64,000 nt of DNA from Bilabrum cf. latius (GCA_965178125.1 OZ237776.1:248001-312000), one strand, 5' to 3'. Counted from the first letter of the stretch, positions 50,801 to 64,000 are shown. Notes: generated from the letters alone by a model not told the origin. Program-made: numbers and translations.

Positions 50801-53800
50801 TGCAGCTCTGCGGAGCGACGACGCTGCAAGGGAACAGAGACCTGACTCTGGTATGGAAGCACTTCGATCGGCCGACGCAGGCGCGGACGGCGGAAACGCT
50901 GGTATCTGTGTCGATGTTGCTATGCAGCTCACAGTGCTTCCTGTTGGAGCACGCGAGGTCGGTGCTGGTGCCATGCGGTTCGCCAGGGCTGGAGCCAAGG
51001 TTCATGTGCATGGCAAAGAGGCAGCGGGCCCGACCCTGGTGCTTGACGGCACCGCTGACCTGTCCATAGGATCGTGTACATCATTGTCCGGCCTCATCCA
51101 GCCGATGGCTGAGACTGCAATCGGGGCTGACGTGGACGTGCTAGATGTGACGAGTGGAGAAACGTTGGATGCGCTAGAGCAGCAGGCAGCTGCACTGGGC
51201 AGAGCGCCGTCATCGCACGAGGCCGCCTTGCTTCTCCTTGCGTACCCGGGTATGGATGATACGGATGCTGGCATCGCTCGTGTGTCGGCTTCCTCCGCGG
51301 CGCTGGCAGCAGCCGCACTGCCAGATCCGTCCTTCACTCTCAGAGTGCCAGTGCGGCCTCTGCAAGGAGAAGGTGTGCTTGTAGCGTGCAGCGGACACAC
51401 CGTGCCTGTTAACGGCGAGCGAGATGAGGCAGAGGCAGCAATAGAACCCACCATGCACCTGGCAGCAGTCACCTGGGATTCATTCGTCGAGACCACTGTG
51501 GACGGTTTGGCAGATGGTGAGACCCAGATCGGGGCATCTTTGCTACCGGCAGCCTCAGCCCGCGTTGACCGCTTCCCCAGATCTTCTCATGGGCAATCGT
51601 TGCCGCCTCCCGCCGGCTGGCTCACCTGCGTGCTCGTGAGCACGACAGAGCAGGCGGCGCTGCAGCTGGCCGCCGGGGTCACGGGGCGATCTTCCCCACT
51701 CGTCACACCCGACGATCTTGCTGGATTGCCTGGGCCCGTGGAGAACGCGGTCTACACCCGACCCCTGGCGGCGGCTGTCCCCGTCAAGACCCAGCCGGTG
51801 CGATGGCCTGAAGCCGGTGACCTCCTGACTAGGCTTCCAGACGCCGTTTGGGGCACAGAGGCGGCCGGAGCTACGGAATCGACCCCCGCTCCTGGCTCTG
51901 CGGCGGCGGTGCTGAACAGGCGAAGCAGGTATGTCTCTGCGTGGGGGTCTCAGGGGGCTATTGTGGACGGGCTCCCCCCTGCTGCTGCTGCTTCGGCTAC
52001 TAATAGTGTGCCAGGTGGTGCCGACGCACCAACAAGACGGCTTGGAGAAGGTTCGTTGGATGGCAGGGCACTAGATGTGCCAACCCCGGATGTGTCGATG
52101 TATGAGAGGTCATTGCAGGGCAACGCCCCATTCAGTGCAGAGATAGCACAGGCAGGCCCAGGCAACGGCACGCTGATCGAGCTGCCCTCGGCTCTGGCCG
52201 AGGCTAGGACCAGACCAGGCTCCAGCAGCGCGTGGGTTGGCCCCAGCTTGGTGCTGAGCGGGGCTTCTGACGTTGCGATCGCGTGTCCGGTTGCAACCGA
52301 TGAGGCCAGCCGCGTGCCATGTCTCGCCTCTGACTCGCTCGTGTTTGTCGGTGGTGCCAGAGGTGAGGTGTTGCAAGTCTCGCTCGATGGAGGTGGAGGT
52401 GTGATTCGCGTCCCAGCCGGACGGGAGGCATGCGATCGCAGCGGTTACCAGGGTGTCCGCCAGAACGCTAGCTCGCAGGACGTGCTGGCGTGCAGTGCAA
52501 GGGCAATCCTGATCGCCAATCCACCGGTGGTTGGACCGAATGGCAGCGCGACCGGGGGCCTGGGGTGGCCTTCTGATGTGGCTGGACTCAGCAGTGGTGC
52601 GCGTGGGCTGAAACCAGTTGATGCATTGTTGGCGCCAATGGGCAAGCGGCGAGCACTGCAATAGAATAGTATCGCAGTCCGGGTTGATCGCCGCACGTTC
52701 GATGAAGCAGCTCATCTGTGTGGCGCCGGGGAGCGACACAGAGCCTGGCTCAGATCCAATTGGCGGAATGCCGGCCCAGATATCCATCCCAGGCTAAGTG
52801 GGTGTGTGATCATTGCGCCTGCATTGGATAATAGCGGTGATGAAGAGCCAACGGGCGACTAGGCTGTGAGTGACACACTCCTACCGGACGAGTTTGTATC
52901 GATTCGCGTCGCAGCAACTGGCAACGACGTAACAACGGCCGCCTCTGGCCCTCTGGCCCTCGTGCTGAAAGGTGGTATCGAGTACGTGGAGCGGTGTGTG
53001 GGATATCCAGAGCCGGGGGCCCTGTGTGCGGACAGAGAGGCCGTGGAGGCCGGACTGGTGTGCGCCTTTGGGGCGGGTGACGAGTGCAAGCCGTGTCCAA
53101 GCGGGGCGGTGTGCCCTGGTGGATTCAAGGCACAGCCACTGCCGGGCTATTGGTCCGAGTCCGAGACAACCGGAGTTGTGCTGCGGTGCGAGCCGCCTGC
53201 TGAGGAGAGGTGCCTGGGCTGGAGCAGCGAGCTAAGCGCATCATCGTGCGGTTAGGGATACAGGCAAGGGTCTACTGGATGCTCGAGGTGCGAGGACGGT
53301 AGGTACCCTGAAGCAGATGGCAGTTGCCAGCTGTGTCCCTCTTCGCCCTCGGTGTGGCTGCTGCTGTAGCCAATGCTGTTGTACGGCGGGGGCGTAATGG
53401 CCGCGTGTATGCTGATGCTGGTGGCAGTTGGCACAATTGCTGCGTTCAGGGGCATCCCTCTGGGACTTGCAGCCAAACGTACGGCTCAATTCACTCTTTT
53501 CTCCGGTGTGCTGCTGCAGACAATCGCGCAGGCTGGCAGGGCGGTGCAACCGGGCTTGCCCCAGTGGTACTACACTGTGGTGCAGATGCTGGACGTGTTC
53601 CGGTTTGAGAGCTCTACCCTGGTGCACCCCGACTGCATCACTACCTTCAAGCTGGCGCAGGAGATGCTGGTGCTCAGCGTCGGGATTCTAATCGCGTGCT
53701 TCGGCTATGCTGCATTCTGGGCCTCTGCACCTGTGGCTCCGCCACAGAGTCTTGAAGCGGCCGGTGTGTAGGAGACCCGTGGGCTCAGTGGCCCAGCCTC

Positions 53801-56501
53801 TGCAGCATCGGCCCGGCCTGCGGTGGCCTTTATCAACCCAATGGCTGTTGCACTGGATCGCCGCAGGGCTCAAGCTTCCCGTACCCCCAACGGTGCAGAA
53901 CCACGGACGCCAACTCGTCACATGCCCCTTGAGAGCGGGGGCTCGAGGCTTCTACAGCTGCACAGCCCGGAACAGGGAAGCCCCGGAACTGACGGGGAGC
54001 AGGCCCCGCAATCAGAAAGCTGGCGAGACCTGAACAGCGGGGGCCTCAGCAGGGGAGATGGGTCAGGATTTCTGGGTGTTGGCGCTCGCGGTTTGTTGAC
54101 GGCGCTGTCGCTGATGTATGCCATCGTGTGCACCACTGTGGTGCAGGTGCTGGATTGCAGGCTCCCGGCGTAGCTCGTCAGAGCGGCGGGACCCGACGGA
54201 ATTCCTTCCGTTGAGCTGCCCTCCTCTGCTCTCGTGGGCGGAAATTCGTCCTCGAGAGACCCGAGCCCTGGGGGCGATGGATTCCCATAGTAGGGTCAGG
54301 ACATGAGCGAGATTGCGACACAGGTGCTGCAGACCTTCGGGCACGGAGATGAGGCTGATGAGGACTCGTTGCTTCTGCTAGCGGATCCTAGCGTGCTGTG
54401 CTTCCGAGACACAGCTCATTGGATTGCGCTTGCTCTCGCAGTTGCGGCTTCGTTATCTGTCATCATTGGGTTCCCACTCGTGTTAATTGTATGGGTTGCG
54501 CCAGAGATTGATCGCACCGTGTTGTCTTCCATGGCGGGGCCACGGTTTCAGGCAGCGCTTGATTTGCTGGATGAATCTAAGCAGGAGAATGGTACCGGTA
54601 GGAGTTCTTGCTGCTGGGCTTCCGGTGAAAACGGCAGCAGTTCCAACAAGCAGATGCCAAACACATCGGGACCGTTCGCCCATGGCGCAGGCATGGCCAC
54701 AGTAAGGCAAATGCAGAGACAGTACGCAGCGGACCAGGTGACCGTACACAACGTAGCACAGGGTCTGGACACATCGGGTCCAGTGCTGAACCGAGACATC
54801 ATGAATGCGAGCAAGCGGAGGGCCAGCGCCGTCCGATTCAGCAACCCGTTGCGGGGAACGAAAGTGCGCAGCCCCATGCGTAGACCCCACGCTCCTGCGT
54901 CACTGCGCTCCGCCACGCCCACCAGCTCCCCCAGCAGCACCAGGTCTAGCTTGAACGAATGGAGCCCAACTGCCGCCGACGAATCACCGCAGGGGGCCTT
55001 GCAGCAAAACCAGGCAGGAGATACACTGCTTGCAAGGCCGGCTACAGCCCTAGTGCTTCAGTAGTCCACACATGTGAGGCACGCTGGTGCAAGCACTCAT
55101 GGAGACTCGAAATTCGCCGATGATTCGAAGCGCAAAAATCCGATGCATTCGACTCGACAGAGCCGATCGAAGGACGACAAGCAAGCAGGGCTGTCCTCAC
55201 CTGATCGTGATGGTGTGAGTGGTGATGTAATGCTGTCTAGCCTTGGATCACCGGATTCACAGGCGGAGTTGTCGGACCTCGCTGTGAGAAGCACAGCCGG
55301 CAGCCCTTGTAACCCAGGCTCGTCGATCGAGCGGCAGCACAGCCAGAGCTCTTTTGGTGTCGCTATTTCAGAGTCGTTAGCGACTGAAGTGTTGGAGACC
55401 GTGAGAGACCGGTCGCTGATCCTGCGGCAGACTCACCGGCTTGCGTACTTTGTGGATGGGGACTACCGTGCCTCCAGGGCGTGGGTGCGTGTGGTGGACT
55501 GGATGGTGCTGCTTTGCTTAGCCGGGCTTGAGGTGCTGTGGGTGCCCAATGAGCCTACTCGAGCTCTTGGCACGGGCATCGCGCAGGTGATTGTCCTGTG
55601 CCTTGCACTGCTCGTCATCGAGTGGGCGGCGCCGTTTCCTGAAGAGTACGAGTGGAAGAGGGTGGGCAAAGCGGGCACTCTGCTGCTGTCCTCTTTGGCC
55701 GTGGGTCTCAACACCGTGGCTGCCATCGATCAGGACCCCGGGATGAGGCGAAGATACGGAGAGCAGCTGCAGACCGCTGCCGTCTGGCTTACGTACGTCG
55801 TTGGCGCGGGTAGCGTGGCGGCACTGATTGTACTGTTCAGCATGTTTTGGTGGACTTTGCTTCAGGAAGACCACGAGAGCCCCGAGGCGATCGCGAAGGA
55901 AAAGAAGGAGGAAGACGAGGCCATACGTAGGCTATCGAGGGTAGCACTGCAAGACGTGGAGGCGTTACGCGCTCGGGTGGCCGGAGGGGACAAGCCCGTG
56001 ATCCGATCGCAGCAGTCGAGGCAGCGCGATTTCCGACTCGCTCTCAGGAACTATGCTCGGGCAAGTGGCAGGGGCGTTGGGCTGGATGAGGTAGCGGCCG
56101 ACGACCCCGAATCATCTACAGCAATCGACGGTGCAAGACTATCAAGGGGCAACAGGGGAGAAATGCCTGTTCTGTCAGAGGCAAAGGCGCACTGGAGGCG
56201 TGCCAGCAGGCTTAGGAAGCTGGAGAAGCTAGTGACTGCAGGTAGATTGCTGGGCGGGGCGGTCCTTGACCGCGGGTCTTTTTCTGGTCCGAGCTCTGGT
56301 GCAAGCCCAGGCGGGAGTCGTGGTCCTGGGAGCGGGACGCCTGCCAGCCCTGGAGCCCTCGCTTCAAGGCACGTGCTTCGCGTGCTCGAAGAGTTCTAGC
56401 AGGTAGACGCTGTTCAAATATCAAGGGAAAGGAACAGCGCCGCAGGGCCCGTTCGCATGGCGAACCGAAGAGGACGCAGGCTTGGGTCAGGACAGACTTG
56501 A
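38850..56501 (+). CDS. Giant intronless membrane protein (~5,883 aa): signal peptide, FG-GAP repeats, kelch/Asp-box segment, Cys-rich stalk, multi-pass TM C-terminus
   Basis: 21 listed ORFs share one frame. Every gap was read by hand and contains only TAG (about 34), ending at TGA 56499-56501. DxDGDG-type motifs, WRSWDRGVHW, CKPCPSGAVCPGG..PGYW, and several hydrophobic helices after 53370. Confidence 0.85.
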
Positions 56502-56775
56502 GAGTACAGGTGTGCGGGTAGGGATCAGGGATCGGATCCTGGGGATCTTGGCCCTTTGTCCTCTCAGGCTAGATCTAACGAAGTTTAGAAACTTAAGATC
56601 CAAGGATGTAATTCATGAATCCGGGATGATATTTACAGGGAATCCTGTATGCTGGTGAGCAAAGCTACAACTGCAAATCACGAGCAAGCTGAATCCGCCG
56701 AATCGGATAGCCGGCCAATCCATGGAGATCAATAAGATAAACCCATGGATCTGCAAGGCTACCTAGCAGAGCGGA

Positions 56776-58275
56776 TCAGTCGAATTGCACTCTGTCCACG
56801 AGCACCGGGTCGGACAGACTTCCACCACCCTCGAACGAGATCTCCAGCCGAAACGGTTGCACCCGCGCCGAGTCGTCAGCCACATGCGTGCGCTTCCACT
56901 CGCAGACCACCTCCATGAAACCACTCGAGGGCTGCTCTGAGACAGCATGGTCGAGGTCACACAAAGCCTTCTCCACCACTGGGGGATCTACCGCTTGACT
57001 CCCTGCAACCTCTCCCATGGTGAGCCGAGCCACCATGCCGCGCCTGCCCCCTTTCACCACCAGCGACACGCTCGTCACACCTCCTTTGGGAGGCACTACC
57101 CGAGGGTACACGAGTCGGGCCCCGGCCCCAGGCACTGCCATGTGGAAGGCCACCCCCCGCCTCGCCATGGCGCCCTGCTCTTGCCCCACAAGTGCGAGGT
57201 CGCTCCCGCTGGTCTCGCGCACCGCGGCTCCGCCCTCCGCCAGGAAGAAATTCTCCGCCTCTACCCGGCCGTGGGTCTCGGCGAGGCTGTGCGTGCTCAC
57301 GCCAGTGCCGTTGATCACGACGGGCGCCATGCTCCCGTTGTTGTAGAAGTGCAAGTAGGCCAGGACCGTGTCCCGGTACTTGCCCGGGTCCTTCGCGTCC
57401 GTTGAGTGGGATCTGTCGTTGGCCGACCAGTACCACTGCCCACCATGCGTCCAGAAGCTCCCATGTCGGTCATGGAAATCCTCTCTCGCATACCAGGGCT
57501 AAGAGGTTGAGCTGCCGATCCTAAAGTCCGGCGCGATGAGCGACTCGTCGATGATCACGCCCTGATAGGTGAACGGGCCGTATGGGGAGGACCCAGTGGC
57601 ATAAAAGCAACCCCATGAGAGGTAGTAGATCCCATTTCGCTCGTGCATGAACGGCTTGTCGTCTGTCTTGTTGCCGTAGGGGCCTGTCGGGTTGAGCACA
57701 TTCAGAGGTCGGGGCGTCTCCGCGAACGAAATCATGTCAGGGGCTAGCCTGGCGATGTAGTAGTCAAATGTGCCCCACACGAGGTAAAACTCCCCGTCGG
57801 TGTCCTTGAATGCGCAGGGGTCTCTGCTCTGCGTGTTGACCTGTCCGCTCGCAACGAGCGGCTTTCCAAGCGGGTCACTGTACGGCCCTTTTGGAGAAGA
57901 AGACGAAAACACCCCGATTTGAGTTGGTCCAGCTGATACGTAAAAATAAGTGCTGCCGTTCCTCTGTGCTCCATCCGTTGCCCAGCACTCGGTAGGATCC
58001 GCGTCCCACTTGAGCTGCGTGGGCGTGAGCACTCGCTCCTTCGTCCATGCCACGAGATCGGGAGAGCTCCACAGCCACCAATCCAGCATTTTGAACCCTG
58101 TGTTCTACGGGGAATAGTCGTGCGTGGAAAACATAAAGAATTCTGTCGATGAGCTACCGTTCGCTTGCATCACGTGAACATGCGGGTCTGCCATGCCTAC
58201 GTTCGGCACTACAGGATTCAGGGCGAAGGAGCCATGCGCTAGCAGCACAATCAACGGAATACGTGCTAGCTACAT
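56776..58275 (-). CDS. Secreted glycoside hydrolase family 43-like enzyme with C-terminal CBM-like domain
   Basis: MQLARIPLIVLLAHGSFA signal peptide (codon 2 is TAG), NP..GMADPH, WSSPDL, CWATD, RDPCAFKDTDGEFYLVWG, YATGSSPYGPFTYQG. Three in-frame TAG; ends at TGA. Confidence 0.82.
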
Positions 58276-58432
58276 GATACAAATGCCGCCTGGGGCTAAA
58301 TCTGGCGCAAACAGCCGTAACATACCAGTTTCAATCACCGATCCACACACTACAAAGCCGACCCGTCTTCTGATGGTTCAGAGCCGGACTATGCTGCCAT
58401 GACACGATGCCAGACCAGACCGGGGTGCCGAA

Positions 58433-59838
58433 TCAATCCTGCTCAGTCGAGCTCACGGCAGCGAGCACGACTGCCATCGCCGCCACGAGGATTCCGCTGC
58501 CGGCAGCAGCCGCACTCGCGACCGCTCCGCTGCCGCTCGGGCAGTCCCCGATCCTGGTGAACTCGCCCCCCTGCAGGGTGGCAGCGCGGGTGGGGCAGTT
58601 GTTCGCATTCAGACTGCGCTGCAACCGGTAGTCGTTGGCACCTCCGTCCGTGGTCTTGGCGATGGTAGCGCATACGGTCTTTGCAGTGGACTCCTGCTCG
58701 CAGCCTGAGCCGCCCGCTGGTGTGCACGACCACCCCGAGAACTTGAGCTGCGTGAATCCCACCTGCGCAGAGATGACCTCGACGTTGCTGTAGGTCACGT
58801 CGTAATCCAGCTCGCTGTCCTCCATGTTCACTGCGCGGGCGCGGTTCGCGCATATGCTGCGGGAATCGGGGCGGAAGAGGGGACACAGCCCGACGGCGAA
58901 CATTTGATCATCATTGCACGTCCGGTGTGCAATGCCGGCATGTACTAGTAGTGTCGCGATATGGAGTTTAGAGAGGAGGCGAGGACAGCGACCAAATCGA
59001 AGCCGCCTGTCCCCGTGGTTGCGATCATATGGGGAGCTACCGCGAGTCCGATCGAGGCAGCAAACACAGCGTCAACCATCTTACGTGCTGGTAATCTGCA
59101 TCGTGGAACCGTCGTCATCCTCATCCGTGAGGCGATAGACCCCGTACAGGGGGCTGGCGGGGGCCGCACCGGGAGAGGGGGAGGGCGCGGCGCCGCACTC
59201 GCTCGTCTTAGAGAGCAAGTACATTGACGAAGTGTCGAAGTTTTCGATGGCTGCGGGACACGCGAGGGATTTGACGTTTGATGTGGCGAGCACGTAGTCG
59301 AAGTTGCTGCCGTTTGCCTTAAAGGCAGCGCAACCGATCACCCCGTCACTGAGCGGAGCCGTATCAGTGGTCAAGTTGCCCAGGTAGGTCGTCATTCCCG
59401 AGCTCGAGTTAAAAGCCTGCTCAGCATCTACGAGACTCCAAGGAGAATTCGAACCACCGAAGTAGAGCGTGGTGTTGGTCCCACACGTGCTGCGCACAGT
59501 AGTACCAAGCAAATCGGATCAACGGACCGCTGCAGTCCTACCTGATGCGCGGAGCGCAAGCAACTTGTGACGATCATCCTTCTCGATCGCTGGTGAACAA
59601 TAGTCTTAAAACACCGCGGCAAGCCTCCGTGTGACCCGACTGAACATGTCGGTGCTACCCCGAACTTGTGTAGGAATCCAAGGGGTACTAGCTGCCGAAC
59701 AACTACTCACTTGATCAACCAGTTCAATTCAGGGTTGTTAGCTAGTGTGAACCTCCCGCTAATCGCTGAGCCATGCGTGCTAAGGCTGAACACCGCCGCT
59801 GCTACCAAGCCTGCGGAGAAGCTGGACCACGGAGGCAT
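58433..59838 (-). CDS. Small Cys-containing surface protein (signal peptide, hydrophobic C-terminal anchor)
   Basis: Three exons (59838-59711, 59489-59085, 58856-58433) joined by frame-compatible phase-2 GT...CGCAG introns. N-terminus MPPWSSFSAGLVAAAVFSL; C-terminus GILVAAMAVVLAAV. Confidence 0.65.
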
Positions 59839-60676
59839 CCACAGATTGATCTTGTCTTGGAAGCCCCATCAGTTGAGAATGAACATTAAGTAGCTAAGCA
59901 TGCACTTACAGCTCGCAAACACGGTACGCATTTCTGTGTACCTGTAGTTCACAGAATGCATGTCGAATTCTGTCAAAAATCAGACGCACCACAAACGCAC
60001 GTCACATTCCCGAGCACACCGAGAGACATGTCCAAAGCGACCCGGTAGCAGGCCTCCCTGGTCCCATGCGCTAGTTTGAACGCAAGGATCATGCAGGTAT
60101 TAGGCATTATACCTACATGCCGCGCTACATATCCTTCAGTTACGTTGCTCGCATCGCCACAGTCACCGTCGCACGTGGACCGACCACGCCCCCATGCGCT
60201 CAATATTGCATCGTGTACCACACTTTTTGCACCAAGCACCGCCTGAACTGGCTTAATTTCTACCTGTGCAGCAGTTTCACTCACTAATTACTACTATATC
60301 TCGATAGAATTGGGGGAGACTCGGCAAGGTGGTCAAGGCCTGTGGAGCACACGAATTGAAGAAGAAGACCATACATTTGTCGGTGGCTAATTCTGCATAC
60401 CGTCCGGGTGGCACATCACGGACAAATTTGAGGTATGGGTACAATATGCTTGTTGCAAATAAGAGAGTGCACGGCGCGCTGAAAGCCTGAGTGAGCCCCC
60501 AACCCAAACAAGACGCCAACATCCATTGTTCATGCTAGCCACGGCACCGTGAGACCTTGATAGTTCTGGATTTGCTTCATCATATCATGGGATACTATTG
60601 GTATTTATTCTTGGGATGCAGGCGGTCGATCGAGCGTATCACATCGAGAAAGCGGCAGTCTCACACTACCGCCGCA

Positions 60677-63600
60677 ATGGAATACCCAGCTGAGCCGCCT
60701 GCATAGCACGGAAGATGGGAAAAAGTCATGTCCGGTGCTGCTCAAAGAAATAGCAAATCAGAGTTAGGTCCTGATGCAGGTGCGTCGCTCAATGGCAACA
60801 CAGTTGCTGCTGAGCATGGCTTCCGAACGGGACGTGCTCTCGACCGTGCAGACCAATTGGCACCACCAGACTTTCATGATCCGTCAGCAGCGTATGGAGA
60901 CATGATTGCAGAGCATGTTTTGCAAGGAGCCATGTTTGGAAGCAGTTCGCGGGTACATGCGCGCTACAGTGACGAGTCCGCCGCCCGTGCTCGACAGCGT
61001 GGTCCTGGCATTGCAGGAAGGTCCAAATCCATGTATGCAAGAACGCCATCGTAGCCTTCTCGTGCGACCTATATATCTACATCTACAAGCAATGAGGTGT
61101 CAGGCCCAGGCGGTCACGGCGGCGACCTCGCCCCGCCGCAGCTGGCACTGGCTGGTGGTGGCAGGGGGGCCTAGGGAGGCCCACCGACAGCAAGCCCACT
61201 GTCGAGACCGAAGAAGGTGCACGCTGCGGAAAGTATAGCCCATGCGCACTCGTCACACCATTTCAGCCTCCCAGCGTCTCCGAAGATGCAACCGCCGCAG
61301 CTGAACGGCGCTGGTGGCCCTGCAAGCATGCTCGCACAAGGGGCTGGTGGCCCTGCAAGCATGCTCGCACAAGGGGCTGGTGGCCCTGCAAGCATGCTCG
61401 CACAAGGGCCTTCAGCTGGGCGATTGACCGCACAAGGGCATTCAGCTGGGCGATTGACCGCACAAGGGCCTTCAGCTGGGCGATTGACCGCACAAGGGCA
61501 TTCAGCTGGGCGATTGGCTGAACAAACAAGGTCACTGTCCATCGCATCTCAGGTCCGTCACGGTGCTATCCATGGTCTTAGAGCGGGCCATGCTCACGAT
61601 GCGGTGGACTCTGCTGCAGGACCAGGACCAGGACCACCAGCAGCATCAGGAGATGCAGCCAGGGGCACGCGGGCTGGCTCTGGCTCTGGCTCTAGCTCGG
61701 GTTCTACATCCCCTGCCAGACTGACGCACCACCGCGTACGCCGCGAGATGTCAGCAAGCAGCCTGTTCGGTGCTCTAGAGCTGCAGCTTGAGCGGGAGCG
61801 GGAGCAGCGGGTCAGGTCAGGTACAGGGGGTGACTCTCAGCGCGACCCTCGTCACACCAGCAGGGCGCTGCGGGACAACGGCAGCAGGGCCGGGCAAAGG
61901 CCTGCGCTGAAACGACCTGCAAGCCATGGCACAATGACCCAGCCCAGTCGGTTGCAACCTACTTCTAGTAGTGTGACCCAAACTGGACGCATTCTCTAGC
62001 ATCAGCTGCCCGCACCCCCGCTGCCATCCACATCTCTGGGCACGAAGCAGATGAATCGGTCGCGGAGATCGGGTGGTGCGAGGCTCGAGCAGCATTCAAA
62101 GTATGACTCGCTTGTGGTCGCAGCTTCTGATTCGTCACAGAGACTGCCGGAGGGTGGGGCTGGGCCGGCAGAGCAGCAGCAGACAAGAGTTTTGGGAGCC
62201 TCCGCTACGCAGCAAACGCTCTCTGGCATCCGAATGGTCGCAGCACAGAACGCTGGTCAGAGGGGCGCTGTGCTCCTCCGCGGCAGGCGCCAGGAAGCGC
62301 CAAGAAACCTGACGGGGCAGACTAGTCAATAGATGTCTAGCCAAGAGCCGGCTGGGCATACCACTCCGAGCGGGTCATCAACTGGAGGAGGACCGGACAA
62401 GTCACCCGCGGCATTCTGGGCTGAGATTCAGGCTGCCTAGTCGTAGAAGGTTTCATGGAAGCTCGACAGTGCCACTACTCAGGGTCGCCATGATGGATCT
62501 AGGACGCTCGGACTGGCAGAACCCAGCAGGTAGTCAGCACCACCACCGCCTCCCGTGATCCCACCACGGCCATCCAACACTCCAGCGGTTGCATAGTTAA
62601 GGTAGTCTGGATCCAGATCCAAGAAGGCGCCCGCTTCCTTGCGCGACAAAGCTACGGCACTTGAGCGTGCCTACTGGAAGGGAAAACTGCCGATGCCCGG
62701 AAGCGGCAGCAACGGCAGCGGCGGGGACGATCCATCTGGAGGAGGGCCCATGTAGGCGTCGGCTAGCCCCGGCGAGCAGGCAAGCGAATCCAAAACATCG
62801 GTCCTGGTTGGTCACGAGGTTGCCACTGGACAGAAAGGACGTGAAACTGCCCAGTAGACTATCCCAAAGGACCTCGACATCCTAGCCGGACTCAAGCCGC
62901 ATGGCACTGCACTGCTTGAGGCCGGCAGCGCATCAACACGGACAGACCGGCCAATGAAGTCGCCGAGCAATGCCACAGACCAATCGCAACTCGCCACAGG
63001 CAAGCCGGATGCTTCAGCTGCACCTGGACGTGGGAAGACTGCGCACTCAGCCGAGCTTCAGCCAGCCGTCCGTCCGACCCGGCTGCCCCCACCACCTCCG
63101 TTGCCGCCGCAGCTGGCTGGGACAGGGCAAGAGACGCATCCAGCCCCACAAGTGGCACGCCAAGGGACTTCAGCATCGATGGCAACTCACGGGCAGTCTA
63201 CCACAGGAACTACTTCGTCGATGGGTGACCTGGTCCGTGACATCACCTCCCCTGATTTCCGTTCGATGGCTGCTGCGTCGAGCCCTGGCGTCCCAGGTAG
63301 GGCGGCTCATGGCGCGGAAAGCAGCCCCAGCTCGAAGCTGGCGTGGTCTCCAAGTGACTCCGATGTGCTCTACGGTCTGGCAGTTCCACTCGGCATGATG
63401 AAGCGTGACGATGAGTTGCACGACGCCGCCAGTGGGGCCGATGAGACCACTGCTAGCAGTGGGCAGAGGAGCGAAGTGATGCATGGCGTGGAGCCTCTAT
63501 CGCGTCGATCGCAGCTCCCAACGCCTCCTCCTCATCCTCAACCAAAAGCCAGCCTTCAGCGGGGTCCTGTGTCTGACCCACTAATGAATGTGGAGCGAGC

Positions 63601-64000
63601 CCACTCATTGCGCGTTGGGGGAGCAGTTCCCGCTGCTAGAGCCACGGCCCGTACCCGTCCTCGACCTCGACAAGACATCGATGCTCTCGACTTCTCTGGA
63701 CCTGCACGGGACACTGATCTGAGCTTGAGCAAAGCAGCGACAGCCACGTGGATACAGGCCCTACCCGTCCCTAGAATGCACCAGTAGACCCAGACATAGA
63801 ACAGCCACAGTGTCACGGGGTTAGAATCGATGGCTGCATTATCTTTGCAGGCAAGTGCTGCACCAAATAGCAAGGGCTGGGATGATCCACCACTGCAGCG
63901 GCCCATGCAGAGTCCAGGCCACGGCACGCAATCAGAGCGCCGAGATTCCTCTTCGAGCCCAAAATCGGAGGTGCAGCGGCCCATGCAGAATCCAGACCAC
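60677..64000 (+). CDS. Large low-complexity Ser/Pro/Gly/Ala-rich protein, partial at right edge
   Basis: One frame from ATG 60677 to the window end with only TAG interruptions. No domain recognised. Confidence 0.7.
61310..61520 (+). repeat. Coding minisatellite: 33-bp unit x3 followed by 30-bp unit x~4
   Basis: Encodes (AGGPASMLAQG)3 then ([P/H]SAGRLTAQG)~4. Confidence 0.9.

Noticed and set aside
59973-60522. Short minus-strand ORFs between divergent genes
   Set aside because: No motifs or convincing gene structure; treated as intergenic, though a small gene is not excluded.
3973-64000. Mass pseudogenisation or C-to-T hypermutation as the source of in-frame stops
   Set aside because: Only TAG occurs, never TAA or TGA; there are no frameshifts; catalytic motifs are intact over tens of kb.

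Overview
GC-rich nuclear DNA of a flagellated eukaryote (GT-AG introns, axonemal dynein); the lineage cannot be fixed from this window. Main result: the genome appears to read UAG as glutamine while UGA, and apparently UAA, remain stops. Fragmented ORFs in the supplied track join in a single frame across TAG only. TAG sits at conserved Gln positions (dynein YDTQ and FTDSQI, CELF-type RRM AQSAI) and replaces CAG between paralogous histidine kinases. Positions 1-3972 are the AT-rich end of an endogenous virophage/Polinton-like element (rve integrase with chromodomain, SF3 helicase, repeat-rich terminus). Its genes use the same code (16 in-frame TAG, no in-frame TAA/TGA), carry a shared upstream motif with a TCTA core, and the element appears inserted inside a host histidine kinase gene. 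Host genes: three hybrid histidine kinases, a hypothetical membrane protein, a WW+RRM protein, a kelch-tailed outer-arm dynein heavy chain, NAD(P)HX dehydratase, a DUF4050-like protein, an HD hydrolase, a ~5,880-aa intronless FG-GAP/multi-TM protein, a GH43 hydrolase, a small surface protein and a partial low-complexity protein. All translations were done by hand with TAG=Q; no database searches were run.
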